The notes under the pieces: model-generated | Databases searched by the model: none | What the model was told of the DNA's origin: nothing | The model's input: only the letters and a program-made list of their open reading frames with translations | NCBI RefSeq assembly: GCF_009914755.1 | Contig: NC_060930.1 | DNA from: the human T2T-CHM13v2.0 reference genome, Homo sapiens | DNA length: 64,000 bases | Reading direction: 5' to 3' (one strand) | Program-made: the position numbers and the translations under genes | Part shown: positions 61,237-64,000 of the stretch, in pieces | How the letters are laid out: the number at the start of each line of letters is the position of its first letter | How positions within the stretch are numbered: position 1 is the stretch's first letter

Positions 61237-61489
61237 GAACAAAGGGGAGGGTCCTTTACCTAGAAGGGAGGGCGAGGATTTCTGTAGGCATCCCTACCTC
61301 CAGATCAGTAAATGCTAGAAAAGTTCTCAAGTTAAAGCAGCAAATCAAGCCTTGTTTCTGAGTTACTGAATTACCATGTAGATTTTTACACTCTCTAAGG
61401 GTTGTAGAAAAATGCAATTTTCAAACTGGATTATGCAGAGTCACCTGGCAAATCCTTTTAAAATGTAGATTCAGATTCAGCAGATCTGG

Positions 61490-61845
61490 TGTGATGGTTA
61501 ATTTTATGTGTTAACTTGCTGGGTGTCTTTGGATGAGGTTAACACTAAAATCATTGAACTCTGGGTAAAGATGGCTGCCTTCCATAATCTGGGTGGGCTT
61601 CCTTCAATCAGTTGAAGGCCTATCTAGAATAAAAAATCCGACTCCCCCACTTCTCTTGCCCAAGCAAGGGAGACTTCTCCAGCAGAGTGTCCTCAGACTT
61701 CATCTGCACCACAGGTCCTCCTGGGTCTCCAGGCATGTGCACCATCATCTGTTTTGGGTCGAGTTGGCCAGCCTATATTGTGAAAGCCAAAACTTTATTA
61801 CCCAAACTACCCAATTGGGGCTGTTTCTCTGAGAAGCCCAGTACA
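61490..61845 (+). mobile_element. MLT2 (ERVL) solo LTR nested in a MER5 element
   Basis: TGTGATGGTTAATTTTATGTGT start and ...TACA end; 5-bp TSD TCTGG on both sides. Confidence 0.8.
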
Positions 61846-61969
61846 TCTGGGATGTGCCTGAGATTCTGTATTGCTAACAAGCTCCCAGATGACCAAGGTT
61901 ATAGATAACTTGGGCCAGGGAATATAGTTGCAACAGACTTGAAAGACTTCAAACCAGAGGAATTCTTTT

Positions 61970-63310
<1,341 letters not shown>

Positions 63311-63693
63311 GGAGGTACTTTGGTTTTTGTTTTTATAATCTTCCCAAGAAGATTTTGAGACAGGATCTTACTCTGTCACCTAAGCTTGAGTGCAGAGGTG
63401 TGATCACGGCTCCCTGTAGGCTCCACCTCCTGGGCTCAAGTGATCCTCCTACCTCAGCCTCCCTGGTAGCTGAGACCACAGGCATGTGCCACCACGCCCT
63501 GCTAATTTAAAAACATTTTTGTTAGAGACAGGGCCTCCCTGTGACGCCCAGGCTGGGCTCAAGCAGTCCTCCTGCCTTGACCTTCCAAAGTATTGATATG
63601 ATAGGTGTGAACCACTGTGCCTGGCCCCAAGAAGATTAAAAAAAAGTATGATGACACATTTTTTCCCCCTTATATCTGGCATTTATTTCCTGA

Positions 63694-63949
<256 letters not shown>

Positions 63950-64000
63950 TGAACTCCTGACCTCCGGTGATCCAACCATCTCGGCCTCCCAAAGTGTTGG

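Overview
Human genomic DNA containing the complete coding region of SLC17A5 (sialin, the lysosomal H+/sialic acid symporter mutated in Salla disease/ISSD) on the minus strand. All 11 coding exons were mapped by hand: every intron is GT-AG, and the exons total 1488 nt = 495 aa + TGA. The CpG-island promoter is at about 59.4-60.6 kb and the 3' UTR runs off the left edge. The introns are very repeat-rich: about 85 Alus or Alu fragments by manual count (the source of most ORFs in the track), a 5'-truncated SVA in intron 9, a very young AluYb8 in intron 6, an RPS27 processed pseudogene in intron 7, solo LTRs and old DNA transposons. I found no wholly new gene system. The best leads are at the RNA level. 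(1) A recursive-splicing-like site in intron 4 would regenerate the exon 4 donor exactly. (2) An open 62-codon in-frame N-terminal extension lies next to inverted repeats that would explain the reported HP59 N-terminus as a template-switch product. (3) A strong-context second ATG becomes in frame with sialin when exon 2 is skipped. (4) The AluYb8 re-used an ancient Alu target site and is probably polymorphic. Repeat family names come from recalled consensus sequences, not from a RepeatMasker run.
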